Assembly (NCBI GenBank): GCA_030390025.1
Contig: CM059432.1
Span: 19,408,001 to 19,472,000, forward strand
DNA: 64,000 nt
DNA from: Squalus acanthias
Lineage: Eukaryota
Reading direction: 5' to 3'
The notes under the pieces are model-generated. The model did not search any database. It was not told the DNA's origin and worked only from the letters and a program-made list of their open reading frames with translations. Positions 24,128 to 37,860 of the stretch are shown one piece after another; position 1 is the stretch's first letter; every line of letters begins with the position of its first letter. The translations under genes were made by a program, and so were the position numbers.

Positions 24128-25067
24128 GATATGAATGTAGGAGGTATGATCAGTAAGTTCGCAGATGACACGAAAATTGGTGGAGTGGTAAATAGCGAGG
24201 AGGGAAGCCTCAGGCTACAGGACAATATAGACGGGATGGTCAGATGGGCAGAACAGTGGCAAATGGAATTTAACCCTGAAAAGTGTGAGGTGATGCATTT
24301 TGGGAGGACTAACAAGGCAAGGGAATACACAATGAATGGTAGGATCCGAGGAAGGACAGAGGATCAGAGGGACCTTGGTGTGCATGTACATAGATCCCTG
24401 AAGGCAGCAGGACAGGTAGATAAGGTGGTTAAAAAGGCATATGGGATACTTGCCTTCATTAGCCGAGGCATAGAATATAAGAGCAGGGAGGTTATGATGG
24501 AGCTGTACAAAACGCTAGTTAGGCCACAGCTGGAATACTGTGTGCAGTTCTGGTCGCCACACTATAGGAAGGATGTGATTGCATTGGAGAGGGTGCAGAG
24601 GAGATTCACCAGGATGTTACCTGGGCTGGAGCGCTTCAGCTATGAAGAGAGACTGGACAGGCTGGGGTTGTTTTCCTTAGAGCAGAGAAGGCTGAGGGGG
24701 GACCTGATTGAGGTGTACAAAATTATGAGGGGCATAGATAGGGTAGATAGAAAGGAACTTTTCCCCTTAGTAGAGGAGTCAATAACCAGGGGGCATAGTT
24801 TCAAGGTATGGGCAGGAGGTTTAGAGGGGATTTGAGGAAAAACTTTTTCACCCAGAGGGTGGTTGGAATCTCGAACTCACTGCCCGAAAGGGTGATAGAG
24901 GCAGGAACCCTCACAACATTCAAGAAGCATTTAGATGAGCACTTGAAACGCCATAGCATACAAGGCTACGGACCAAGTGCTGGAAAATGGGATTAGAATA
25001 GACAGGGCTTGATGGCCGGCGCAGACACGATGGGCCGAAGGGCCTCTTTCTGTGCTGTATAACTCTA
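24128..25067 (+). mobile_element. CR1 LINE 3' fragment
   Basis: ISKFADD..YCVQFWSPH..GDLIEVYKIM with a frameshift near 24808, followed by a CR1 3' UTR. Confidence 0.9.
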
Positions 25068-25815
25068 AAAAGGGGAGCGGTTAGAGATAGGATGGTAATT
25101 AGGGAGGACAACGAGGTCAAGGGTCAGCTTATTGATGGGGGCGCAACATTAACAATTTTGAAGGGCAGGGCATCTAGCCTGAGTAAGGAGATCAATTCCC
25201 AATGTTAATAGGCATTGAGGCAATGAACAAAAAATATTTAAAATGCATTTGGAATTGTTATGAAGGCAGAAACAATAAAAGCAATTTTTTGGTGGGGAGA
25301 GGGGCAACTCGGGTTCAGCCTCTTCATGCCAGAAACGTGCCAACAACATGCAGAAAAGTATTGGGGAAGCGTGGGGCTTATGCTGCTCCAGGACATTAAC
25401 CTCATTTTAATTGCAAAACTGAATGAAACAAAGGCAAGGCTTCCCTACTCTCCATTCTCCATTGGCTTGTTTCAGTAGCACAATGTTATTGCAGTGCAGC
25501 TGTATAAATGAGACATGCTTACATCCTGACCTCCAGGACTGTAGGTAAAAACTCCCTAAAGCTGTAATGTCCCTTGTTATTGTAAGAGACAAAGGAGTAC
25601 AATTTTTTTTGTACTTTTCAGTTATTTACTGTTGTCTTTCTGAACTTTTGCTTGGATTTTAGGCCAATTCTGATTTGAATCCTGATTATTTAGGTTATTT
25701 TCCATGTTTGCACCTACTGTTTTGGAGAGTTGGCCTCTACATAGTATGGGCAGCCCTTTGAAAATCCTTATTTGAGAGACCCGTGCCTACCTATGCTGGT
25801 AGATGTATAGACAAT

Positions 25816-26578
25816 GGGCCAAAAATTCGGCACTTGCCGGGTGAGTACGCACTGTGTACTCACCCGTAAGGCCTCCTGAAGTGCTGGTTTCCTGCATGCA
25901 CTGCGCATGCGCGGGAAACCGGAACTTCCGGTCTCGTGAAGGGAGCGGTTCAGAGGTGAACCGTGTGCGCAGTAGAGGCTGCGCGCACGCAGCAAACTTG
26001 TGTTTTTTTTCAGGTTTCTCCGGGAGGGTAAGTATGGAAGAACCTGTGCTTTTAAAAAGGAGGCACAAGACCCGTTTTCAACAAGGTAAGTGGTTAATTA
26101 ATTATAATTAAAAAAAATGTCAACAGATTTATCTTTTTTAGATACTTTAAAGAAAGGTAAGTTTATTTTTAGCACTGTTAAAAAGTATTTTAATTTTTTC
26201 AAAAATTTAAATTTTTGTTTAAAGTAGTTAATTTATTTAATTTATAGTTATTTTTAAAATGTGATGTTTTTTTAAAATTTATTTGAAGTTTAGCTGTTGT
26301 TTTGGGACCGATTTCAATTCATAGATTTGACAGGTCTTCCTGTCAAATCTATGAATGAAAGATGGTCTGCTGCCATTGGCTCTCCATGGCCCACGTGATC
26401 CCAGGGGACGCATCGCACTAACTACGCCCCTGGGACACGCAAGCACTGCACGCCGGCAGTTAGGGCAGGCCCAGGAGCTGAAGTCCCCGTGGGCCAGAAG
26501 CAGAACGGCAGACGTGGTAGGTAAGTGCGCGCGCGATCCTTACCCCCGCGGCAAGCCGGAGAGGTGAATTTCTGGGCC
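25816..26578. mobile_element. Harbinger-type MITE
   Basis: Ends GGGCCAAAAATTC / GAATTTCTGGGCC with perfect TSD AAT (25813-25815, 26579-26581). Confidence 0.78.
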
Positions 26579-26756
26579 AATGTCACTGTTATTTGGAATG
26601 TCCAAGGAGCTCTGTCTACACTGCTTATGCTTTACTTGGGAGGCCGTCTTGGAACTTTGACATGTCTTCCAGCCAGACCTGGTTCAATAAGGAGTGTAGA
26701 AGAGCATGCCAGGAGCAGCACCAGGCGTACTTAAAAATAAATTAAAAATTAAAAAT

Positions 26757-28708
26757 AAGGTGCCAACCTGGGGAAGCTGCAACACAGGACTACATGCATG
26801 CTAAAAAGTGGAAGCAGCATGCTATTGGCAGGGCTAAGCGATCCCACAATCAACGATCAGATCAAAGCTCTGCAGTCCTGCCACATCCAGTCGTGAATGG
26901 TGGTGAACCATTAAACAACTAACGGGAGGAGGAGGCTCCATGAATATCCCCATCCTCAATGATAGTGGAGCCCAGCATGTGAGTGCAAAAGACAAGGCTG
27001 AAACATTTGCAACCATCTTCAGCCAGAAGTGCCGAGTGGATGATCCATATTGGCCTACTCTTGAGGTCCCCACCATCACAGAAGCCAGTCTTCAGCCAAT
27101 TCAATTCAGTCCACGTGATATCAAGAAACGGCTGAGCGCACTGGATACAGCAAAGGCTATGGGCCCCGACAACATACATGCTATCGTGCTGAAGACTTGT
27201 GCTCCAGAACTAGCCGCACCTCTAGCCAAGCTGTTCCAGTACAGCTACAACACTGGCATCTTACCGACAATATGGAAAACTGCCCAGGTATGTCCTGTCC
27301 ACAAAAAAGGCAGGACAAATCCAACCCGGCCAATTACCACCCCATCAGTCTACTCTCAATCATCAGCAAAGTGATGGAAGGTGTTATCGACAGTGCTATC
27401 AAGCAGCACTGACTCACCAATAGCCTGCTCACTGATGCCCAGTTTGGGTTCCGCCAAGACCACTCGGCTACCGACCTCATTACAGCCTTGGTCCAAAAAT
27501 GGACAAAGGAGCTGAATTCCAGAGGTGAGGTGAGAGTAACTGCCCTTGACTTCAAGGCAGCATTTGACCGAGTGTGGCATCAAGGAGCCCTAGTAAAACT
27601 GAAGTCAATGGGATTCGGGGGGAAAACACTCCATTGGCTGGAGTCATACCTAGCACAAAGGAAAATGGTTGTGGTGGTTGAAGTTCAATTATCACATCCC
27701 CAGGACATCGCTGCAGGACTTCCTCAGGGTAGTGTCCTAGGCCCAACCATCTTCAGCTGCTTCATCAATGACCTTCCTTCCAACATAAGGTCAGAAATGG
27801 GGATGTTCGCTGATGACTGCACAGTGTTCAGCGCCATTCACAACTCCTCAAATAATGAAGCAGTCCATGCCCACATGCAACAAGACCTGGACGACGTTCA
27901 GGCTTGGGCTGATAAGTGGCAGGTAACATTCGCGCCACAGAAGTGCCAATCAATGACTATCTGCAACAAGCGAGAGTCTAACCACCTCCACTTGACATTC
28001 AACGGTATTACCATCACCGAATCCCCCACCATCAACATCCTGGGGGTTACCATTGACTAGAAACTTAACTGGACCAGCCACATAAATACTGTGGCAAATA
28101 GCAGGTCTGAGGCTAGGTATTCTGCGGCAAGTGTCTCACCTCCTGACTCCCCAAAGCCTTTCCACCATTTACAAGGCACAAGTAAGGAGTGTGATGGAAT
28201 ACCCTCCACTTTCCTGGATGAGTGCAGCTTCAACAACACTCAAGAAGCTCGACACCATCCAGGAGAAAGCAGCCCGCTTGATTGGCACCCCATCCACCAC
28301 CTTAAACTTTCACTCTCTCCACCACCGGCGTACCGTGGCTGCAGTGTGTACCATCTACAAGATGCACTGCAGCAACTCGCCAAGGTTTCTTCGGCAGCAC
28401 CTCCCAAACCCGTGACCTCTACCACCTGGAAGGACAAGGGCAGCAGGAGCATGGGAACACCACCACTTCCAAGTTCCCCTCCAAGTCACACACCATCCTG
28501 ACTTAGAAGTATATCGCCGATCCTTCATCGTCGCTGGGCCAAAATCCTGGAACTCCCTCCCGAACAGCACTGTGGGAGTACCTTCACCACACGGACTGCA
28601 GTGGTTCAAGAAGGCGGCTCACCACCACCTTCTCAAGGGCAATTAGGGATGGGCAATAAATGCTGGTCTTGCCAGCGACGCCCACATCCCATAAACGAAT
28701 AAAAATTA
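26757..28708 (+). mobile_element. Second non-LTR LINE family (CR1/Jockey-group RT, clade unresolved), 5'-truncated and frameshifted
   Basis: KAMGPDNI, NYHPISLLS, QFGFR, ALDFKAAFDRVWH, PQGSVLGP and MFADD, ending in an A-rich tail. Confidence 0.88.
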
Positions 28709-28974
28709 AACCTCCAGACTTTCAGGCTTGATTCCTTCAAGCAAGAGCTGGATCTGTGTCTGTACCTGTCATACAAAAGGCAGGTACCGTGTGGCATTAT
28801 CAGGGCCAGAGTGATCTCCTGGACTACTTTTGATGTCCTAAGCCTCTCCCAGGAGATCAAATGGATTCGGGTGGTATGTATTGTGATACACAAGGCATCG
28901 CAATTGTATGGGACAGGCTGGATGGACCATTGGATCTTTTCCTGTCCGTCATTGTTTATATGTTCGTACTTCCT

Positions 28975-29500
28975 GCTGGGATGCCTTTGCGCACAGCGGT
29001 GAAAGGCATAACTGCTTTACACTTCTCTGCAGTGACTCCTTTCATGCTGGCTCACGGGACGTCTGTCAGATCAGACACTCTGCAGGCCACTGCTGCATAG
29101 ATCAGACCGATGCTGCATTGTTTGCCAGCGAGTTAATTAGTTTTCCTATGGATAATGGCCAACAGCAATAGATGGCTCTTCACTCTTTCAGAGTGCAGGG
29201 CCTCATCCATAGAATCCATGGGCTTCTCCCACCAATGCTGTGACATTTATGGACAGGCCGGGCTTGCCTTCTATCCACGTCCAGGTTTTATGTAATGTAG
29301 GTAGATACTCGTTACCCTGGAAGCTGCAGTGCCGCATTTATTCAAGGTCCGTCTACAGTCTCATTATTATTTCAAGGCATTTCTGCCCTGGATGAAGGCC
29401 TCTTTGATAACCAGGCGTAGCTGATCAGAGCTGATCCGCCGTAGCTGATGATACCAGTGCAGAATCCAAGATATGCAGCAGAGAGAATATCCAATAAGGC
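28975..29500 (+). pseudogene. Strongly decayed Harbinger transposase
   Basis: VKGITALHF..SFHAGSRDVCQI..AGHCCI..ALF..ISFPM and LMIPVQNPRYAAER align with VKVTVALNF..SFQAAAGD..HCCI..ALF..ISFPM and LMTPLRTPNTPAELR. Confidence 0.65.
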
Positions 29501-29864
29501 ACACAAATTCACAAGGGTATAAATGTAGGGGGTGAATTTCCGCAGGGTTGCTCCTGCTTATCCACCCTAACTTTGACAGAAGTGCCGTGGACGTCCCTGA
29601 AAAAGGTATAAAGAGAGCTTACGCTGTTTTTGGGGGTTTCCGTGGCTTTTCTGCCGAAGGTACAGTGGACGATTGGGAGACACCCCGTAGAAATCCCACC
29701 CCCCCCACCCCCCCACCCAGTATTCAACAGACATACCAAAACAAAGACTCCACTCTCTGGATAGGTCTGAGTCAGTCCTGCAGTACAAGCCCAGAAAGAT
29801 CTCCTAAATGATAAGGGCGTGCTATCTGCTGCCTTATTATACTAACAGGGTAGAATATATGAAG

Positions 29865-30205
29865 AAAGAAAGTACTTGCATTTATACAGCACCTTTAACA
29901 ACTTCAGGACTTACCAAAGCACTTTACAGCCAATGAAGTATTTTTGAAGTGCAGTCAATGTTGTAATGTAGCGAAATGCGGCAGCTAATTTGCGCACAGC
30001 AATGAGATAACTGCCTATGTTGGTTGAGGGACAAATATTGGCCAGGACACCGGTAGAACTCCTCTGCTCTTCTTCAAAATAGTGCCGGCCTTGATGTCAA
30101 AATGGATCTTTTATGTCCACCTGAAGGGGCAGACGTCTAATCCGAAAGACGGCACCTCCAGCAGTGCAGCACCTCCTCAGTACTGCACTGAAGAGTCAGC
30201 CTAGA
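29865..30205 (-). mobile_element. SacSINE1-like SINE, 5'-truncated
   Basis: Colinear with 18150-18520. Confidence 0.75.
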
Positions 30206-30401
30206 TATTCAGGAAGGGCCTGAAGAAGATGTAAACAATCAACCCTCAGTGAATATGAAAAGCGAGCAGTTTCTATAACAGCCCGACTGATTTCCAATGC
30301 CAGCTTTACACCCGAGTGGCAAGTTGAAAATCTACCTGTGTTTTTTGCTCTGGTGCTTCCCGTTAGTAATTGTGTGTGGTGAATGTCCTCTACTACTTAA
30401 G

Positions 30402-31050
30402 TTAGTGCTCTCCTTGTAGAGAAGGAAGTGAGCTGGTTGGCTGCTGGATGTCCCAAGGGGCTTCCTGGGATTGTGGTGGCTCTGTACCTCCTTCTGCAAG
30501 GCGATAAGGTGGCCCTGCCTCTGCAGGCACCGTGGCTGATACTGTGGTGGCTTCAGGTTTTCTAGCTGTGGGTGGGTTATTTTGAGGATGGAGAGTGACC
30601 CTGGCAGACAGCTGTCTCATCCATGCCGACTCTTGCTGTACTCCTGTTGCTGGGCACTCCCCTCAGTTGCTGGGCACTGCAATCTGCATGGAGACAGACT
30701 GCCGTGAAGACATTGAAGTCCTGTATTAGGGTAGACAATTCCCCAACACAGTAAATTCAGACCGAACCAACTCATGGACACTGGAGTTCGAGGTCTCTAC
30801 AGCATCAGACATCAAATTCCCCAGAGAATCCACAGCTGTGCACAGGAATTCTGTTAAGGAAATCTGTTCAAGGGGGAATTCCAGTTCTTTGAAGCCATTA
30901 CTGCACAGATGCTGGCTGTCACATCTTGCAGGGTGTTTTGGACACTCTCAACTGACAGTGCCCAGAAATGACATTCTTTTATAGGAATTCCTGATGGCGC
31001 CAATCCCAGAACTCAGCAAGCAAAGGTGGTCTGGAGCTGAACCTCTGGCC
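30402..31050 (-). pseudogene. Possible decayed Harbinger Myb-gene last exon
   Basis: AEAGPPYR..DIQQPTSSL resembles SAAGPSRP..DDQQPSTSL. It is convergent with the transposase remnant at 28975, as in the intact element. Confidence 0.4.
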
Positions 31051-31804
31051 TACCGCTTCCTGTCCCTTTTACGTAGAAATACATAGAAGTTGCAACATGG
31101 AAACAGGCCATTCAGGCCAACCAGTCTGCATTGGTGTTTACCCTGCACGCAAGCAATTTGTGTTTTCTAATTAATAGTTGTCATCGTTCCAAACTGCACT
31201 TTTGCCTCCTATCTTCAAATAAAGATTATATAACAAGACAGCATAGATTGCAGAAGATGCATTGCACACCATCTCATAGTTTAATTTCATCCAAGGATAA
31301 GCTCTGTTCTGGTAAACTATTCATACAGTGAATGTCTGAACACTTAATTCTTAATAGGCCTAATTTCCCAGGGCTGTCATTAGCATCTGCAAGGAAACAT
31401 AAAAGGTGCAGGCAAAAAAGTTGCCTGTTAGTTAACGTATCACTGCTCTGCATAATTAAGAGTGAAGTGTACGTTTAAATAATTAATTACAGTTTAAAGC
31501 TTTTAATTCCCTTTGCGAGAACACTGAAAATCAAGGAAGTTAAACAAGATTTTAGCTAAAATGCATTGACTTTCTTCTGTATGTCAAATAATAGTACTGG
31601 GGAAAATTAGGATTGGACAATCAGGTCACCTTGGGCTCTTATGAGGTTTTCATACTTTTCTTTTAATTACATTTCTGGAAACGTGACATTAGAAACTTAA
31701 GATTATAACATAAAGTTACAATACATACAGTTTTCAAAGAATATTATCCACCAGTGTGTAATGGCAATAAAAAGAGACAAGTGAGTGTGTGAGAATATAT
31801 CTCA

Positions 31805-32433
31805 TAGGATTTTGTCTTGAGGTCGGGTTGGGGTCGTGTAATCCGCATTTCGTGTTTCCCCCCGACTCCAGATTAATGTGGATCCCTGATGCAATTTTCA
31901 CTTAATTGGGCAATTGAGTTGGAGCATGTGGGAACCCATGAACTAATTAGTGTTGTCAGTCTGAAAGTCGCCTCTGATGATGTCATCATTGCTGACTGCC
32001 TAGTCTCAGAGACTGTTGGTGAGAGAGGACCTGCCTGGCTTGCTTTTGATGTGACTGGACCTGTACTAGTACTACTACTACTACTACCTTCATCACATCT
32101 CCGTTGTAATAGTGGACCTGCAGCCGATAGTCAGCTATCCACTTGTGCTCCCGCCAGGTTTCACTGGAGTGTTTCACACCAGGCGTGCTTCACGTCAGAA
32201 GAGGGTTAAACTAGCTACAGCATTTCAAAATGGCATTACAGAGCCAATTTAGAGCTTGTTAAGGGCTTTAATGGCCTCTCCTGCCTCTTGAAGGCGGGAC
32301 AGAGTCGGGAACCCCGCGACTGATTCTGTCAAAATTGCGTGGAGGCGGGATGGAGTCGGAAACCCCGACCCTGCAAATTTAACCCCCCACACGCCTCCAA
32401 ACCCGACTCCATGGGTCATTCAAAATCCAGCCC
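31805..32433. mobile_element. MITE of the GGGCTGGATTTT family (left end decayed)
   Basis: Right end AAAATCCAGCCC. Both subtermini are homologous to 52720-53559. Confidence 0.65.
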
Positions 32434-32584
32434 ATAGATTTTGTGCAAATTTGTATGGTGCACAGTGTGTACACACAATTGGTTTCTGCTCAGATTAAAA
32501 CGGAAACCCTTTTACATGATCGCTGTGTCTGCCTCCAGTCCTGTTCATGTTACTGTTCAACATTACTTGTTTGTCCTCGCTTGC

Positions 32585-33222
32585 TTTTTAATTCATTCTT
32601 GAGATGTGGGCGTCGCTGGCAAGGCCAGCATTTATTGCCCATCCGTAATTGCCCTTGAGAAGTTGGTAGTAGGCCTTCTTCTTCAACTGCTGCAGTCCGT
32701 ATGGCGAAGGTGCTCCCACAGTGCTGTTAGGTAGGGAGTCCCAGGATTTTGACCCAGCGACGATGAAGGAACAGCGATATATTTCCAAGTCAGAATGGTG
32801 CGTAACTTGGAGGGGAACCTGGAGATGATGGTGTTCCCATGCATCTACTGCCCTTGTCCTTCTATGGGGGTGGACGTTGTGGATTTGGGAGGTGCTGTCG
32901 AAGAAGCCTTGGTGAGTTGCTGTAGTGAATCCTGTAGATAGTGCACAATGCAACCATGCTATGCTGATGGTGGAGGGAGTGGATAATTAAGCCAGTGGAT
33001 GAGGTACCAATCAAGCAGACTACATTGTCCTGGATAGTGTCGAGCTTCTTGAGTGTTGATAGAGCTGCGCCCATCCTGGCAAGTAGAGAATATTCCATCA
33101 CACTCCTAACTTGTACCTTGTAAGTGGTGGAAAGGCTTTGGGGAGTCAGGAGGTGAGACACTCACCGCAGAATACCAAGCCTCTCGCCTGATGTAGTAGC
33201 TACAGTATTTATATGGCTGGTC
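32585..33222 (-). mobile_element. 3' fragment of the second LINE family
   Basis: SHLLTPQSLSTTYKVQVRSVMEYS..LKKLDTIQ peptide. Confidence 0.85.
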
Positions 33223-33609
33223 TTAAGACTTCGTCTACTAATATCACCAACAGTAATTTCTAGGCTTGAGTATTTTCCATTCCACAATTACACAGATTTC
33301 CTCACAATCTGCAAACTATTTGCAAGATGCAGAAACTGATCTAATGCAGTGCCACAACCCCCTTCTGGGAATTAATTCATATGATACCTCTTCAATGAGC
33401 ACTCAGGATAGAGTAGTCATGTAAGAAATCCCAGGTCTGTCATTCTGCGGATCGCTACAGAGCACTTTAAGTACCTCACACTACTGCCTTCTCTCTTTTC
33501 TCATCAAACTGTTACAGCCCTGGATTTAGTCCCCCAAAATTCAGCACAGACTATGTAAAAGCTGGTAACTGGGAGCTGCGATGTCGCCGAAGCCCTTCAG
33601 CGATCTCCC

Positions 33610-33984
33610 CTCAGCCTTGATGACCGATGGCGAAATGCTTGGAAGAACTGCGACATATGGAATGGATTCCTTATAGAGGACCCCACAGTATAACCTGAAG
33701 GATCAAACCTGCCTCGCAAACAGTGGACAACCATCAATCGCCTCAGAACCGGTCATGGTAGATGCTGCCACCTTCTCCATAGATGGAAAATTAAAGCATC
33801 CCCATCATGCGACTGTGGAGCTCCTAATCAGACCCTGGAGCACATCATTGAGCACTGCCCTCAGAGGAAATTCGCAGGCAGCCTACAAGATACCCACGCT
33901 GTTACACTGGAAGCTTTGGCCTGGATATCCTACTTAGATATTGACATCTGATTTGCTTTGCTACTACCATACGACAGAAGAAGA
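33610..33984 (+). mobile_element. Vingi/Ingi-like LINE 3' end
   Basis: My translation reads LPRKQWTTINRLRTGHGRC..HRW..SPSCDCGAPNQTLEHIIEHCP (CCHC knuckle), with a stop at 33949-33951, a very short 3' UTR and a CCATACGAC-AGAAGAAGA tail. Confidence 0.7.
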
Positions 33985-36539
33985 CCAGGTGCTTTCTTTC
34001 ATTTCTCTCACCTCCTGAAGGTACTGAGGTCTGCTGAGGTACCACAGATGCCACATCCTGGGGTGCCTCATCCAAGTGGCCACTCATCTGATATGCGCTT
34101 TGGTAATCAGTCAACAAGTTATTGGTCCATGTAAGGGAGGGGAAGGAGTTGTCACAGCCCATCCTGAACGTCCAAGGATTAGGATACTCGGGTATCCTTG
34201 TTGATTTTAATTCATAGGCACTGACACTCATTGGAGTATCCTAGTAATTCCCTTATTGAGAACAGCTGTCTCATCACAGACCAGTAACTGAACCTGTGAT
34301 CTTCTTCTGGACTGTATTGCTGAGGTCTACACTGGACAGTGCACTTCCCAACTGAGGCACTGGAGAGACCCTTAATGCTATTTGTACAGCAAACATACAT
34401 TATTCAATTGTGAGCCCTGTTCCTATAAAGGAAAAGGAATAAATGTTACCAAGTGCTCTCAAACTTCAACTACAAGATGATGATGGACATACAATGCATT
34501 TAGCACTGAACATGTACAAGGGTTGTCAGTGATACACACCTGAGCCATACACTACTAGATATGAGCGAATTACTCAGGTTTATATATTTATTTCATGCGA
34601 TATTCAATACAATGAACACAGCAAGTTTTTAAGCATTATTTGATTTTGTGTGAGAGCTACCGTGCCCCCAGAGACTTTGTAATCTTTTTCCAAGTAGTCA
34701 GTGTGACACCCATGCAAAAAGTGTCTGTTTATAAAGATCCATCAATGTTGATGGATTATAAATATCGTTGCTGCAGCAAGTTATTTTGATTCAGAAAAAT
34801 CAAGCAAAAGAAAGTGGTGCTGTCACTCACAATGACACCAGAGCTCACAGCATGTTTCACTTTACAAAAAAACAGGATTTTTGTCCATTATGATTGGCAG
34901 TCAGTCCGATTTTAAGTCTTGAACAATCATCAAAAGAAAATTGCTGCAAAAAATTAACTTAATGGATATTCATCTGTGCTAGTGGTGCATCGTGGAGGTC
35001 AACGGTCAAACGCATCCATCTTTTAAACTATCATTACACTGCACACAAAAAAGACCATCACAGCTCTTAAAATTTCATTGGATTTTTAGGTATTGGATTT
35101 TCAGTCCCTTTGTGAAGTTCTTAGCTTTGTGGAGATTTTTTTTTAAATTAAGGAGCTTTGGAACAACTCACTGTTAAGTTATTCATCTGTCTTTGTACTT
35201 TAGTGCTTAATAGCTTGAACTGAAAAATTACCTCAGTGGGGGTTACTGTTGCAAATTGGGTTCTGCCATAGATACCTTCTTGAGTTTGGTCAGTCCCATA
35301 AGCAGTCTGAGCATCTCATTATATAAGAGTTGGCTCACACTGCCCTACATCTATCTCTATGATAGCGTAACCAGGGGCTGTAATAATAGGATCCTCTTGT
35401 GACCTAGACTGGATATTAATGTCTTTCACTCGTGTAATTCTTTGATCTCTCTGAAGGCAACCAAGCAAATACTTGGTGAGGTGAGGCTTGATAAGTATCT
35501 TTAAGCTGGTTTATTTCATAATGAGTGAACACACAGAGCAATAGTTACCAGCAGATTCACTTTGTTTAAGTAATACAACCTAAATTCACATAATGGTACA
35601 AAATACAGAACATGCCATGGTTTCTCACCTCAGTCGGTCATCTTACTTGATTTGAACAAGTTGGCTTAGAAATTCCTGGGGCCCCGCTCCACTGGTGTAA
35701 GTGCGCTGGAGCAGAACGCTCACCCATCCTGGCTCAAGATCAAAGTCTTCATCCCAAATTCTGGGATCATTTGCTTAGCTGAGGCAAGCTTCTCGAAGGT
35801 GCAGGTGTTTCACAGCTCTCTACACCAGCCAAAAAAAATAACCACTTTACAACACTAAACTGCATTATTAAGTTTATTTGAAAAAAAATAACAAAAAACA
35901 CAAACACGCAAATTGTATAAATAGAATGTTTCTTTCACTTGTGAAGGAAACACCTGTAGCTCACGCAGTTAGCAACCCACAATGTGCTATGTTTTTGAGT
36001 AAGGATTGCCAAATAGGTTAAATACAATTGCAGTGATTTAATGAATTGGTATCTTCACTGATGAAGCAGATTGTTTTGTTCTTTAAATAAGGCTTTGCAG
36101 CCTTAATTTGAAATTAGTGGAGTGTTTATCCACTGCTATCGCATTGCTATGTTAATACATGGGTTTGAGATTTGGTTCAAACTGACCCTGTAATTTGCAA
36201 AGTGGTAATTAATACTTTGCCAGCCATTATTTAATCCCTGCTAAAACTAGGGAAAAAGTCAATGCTAATCGAATCAGACTGAAATATTTTCTGATGCATT
36301 TTTACATCACGTTCTTCATCGTATCCTGCCCCTCTCTGATGATGCTGCTTTCTCAAACTGTTGCTGCTCCCCTTTCTTCAATATTGTCCTTAGCTGAGGC
36401 TGCTAAAGCCAACCTCCCCCAGCCAACAACACTCACTGCTGGACTCCAATTCAATGGTATCAGTGCCTTGGAAGACATTGCCATTTTCTCCGTGTCCTCT
36501 ATTCAAATCGCCAGTAACTGATTTTTAAAATATCTCTGC

Positions 36540-36946
36540 ATCGTCGCTGGGGTGGAGGGGTGGAATGCCTGGGGGGGAGGGGGGGGGTCTCCGATCACGG
36601 GGGTGGGTTAGGTGGGGACCCTGGATCCAGCAGGTAGGTATAAAGGCACTTACCTCCTGGAGCCAGCAGTCCCTGCCTTGCTGTAACTGCCGGGTTTCAC
36701 GAATTGTGTAAAACCTGTCCACATGCAGTTATAAAAGAGGTTTTCAGCCTCATTATAATATTTAAATTGATGTCCCGCCCCCTGGCAGTGTGTTGGTCAC
36801 CGCCCCCCCCCCCCCCCACGCCCCCCCCCGTCCCACCTCTGTTAAAACCGGAAGTGGGTGGATTGGAGGCGGGTTCAGGTCGGGAATCTGATTTAACTAC
36901 CCCCACGCTCCAAACCCACCTGTTTTTTTTGGTTAAAATTCCCCCC
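36540..36946. mobile_element. Partial MITE (one terminus)
   Basis: Ends AAAATTCCCCCC|TTA. Has GGAGGCGGGTT and CTCCAAACCC subterminal motifs as in the GGGCTGGATTTT family. Confidence 0.5.
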
Positions 36947-36949
36947 TTA

Positions 36950-37645
36950 GAGAGGCGGAGAATTTTAGGGAGGTAATTCCAGAGCCAATAGTGCAGTGAT
37001 TAATATTGGGGTTGCGCAAGAGCCTAGAATTGGAAGAGCACAGAGATCGTGAAGGGTTGTAGGGCTGGAGGAGGTTACGGAGATAGGGAGTGGTGAGGGC
37101 ATGGAGGGATTTGTCAATAAGGATGAGAATTTTAAAATCGAGGTGTTGCCGGACTAGATTACTGAGCACAGGGGCAATGGGTGAACAGGGCTTGGTGCGA
37201 GTTAGGATATGGGCAAGAGAGTTTTGGATGCCTTAATTTTATGGAGAGTGGAAGATGGGAACCTGATTAGAGAGCATTGGAATAGGCAAGTCTAGAGGTA
37301 ACAAAGGCATGGATGAGGGTTTCAGCAGCAGATAAGCTGAGGCAGGGGCGGAGTCGGGCGATGTTACGGAGGTGGAAGTAGGCGGTCTTGGTGATGGAGC
37401 GGATATGTGGTCGGAAACTCATCTCAGGGCCAAACACAACACCAAGGTTGCAAACAGTCTGGATCAACCTCAGACAGTTGCCAGGGAGAAGGATGGAATC
37501 GGTGGTGAGGGAACGGAGTTTGTGGCAGGGACCGAAGACAATGGCTTCGGTGTTCCCAATATTTAATAGGAGGAAATTTCTGCTCATCCAGTACTGGATG
37601 TCAGACAAGCAGTGTGACAAATCAGAGACCGTGGAGGGGCCGAGA
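36950..37645 (-). mobile_element. L2 LINE fragment
   Basis: CLSDIQYWMSRNFLLLNIGNTE..NLGVVF..TAYFHLRNIARLRP..ETLIHAFVTSRL and DFKILIL..KSLH peptides. Confidence 0.85.
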
Positions 37646-37647
37646 GA

Positions 37648-37860
37648 TTGGCAAGTTTCCCATAGATTCAAGGAACAGTTGATGGGCTGCATGTGGCATT
37701 CAAAGTCTCATAAGAGAGTTCTTTCAATTTTGTGAAAGGGAAAGGATTTCATTCCATTAATGTGCAGCAGGTGTGTGACACCAATCACTTTATTCTGCAT
37801 GTGAATGCCCACTACCCTGTCGTGACACTTGCATCATTTGCCAATCCACCATACCTTCCC
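37648..37860 (+). pseudogene. Decayed Harbinger transposase fragment
   Basis: My translation: ASFP*IQGTVDGLHVAFK..KGFHSINVQQVCDTNHFILHVNAHYP. Confidence 0.75.
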
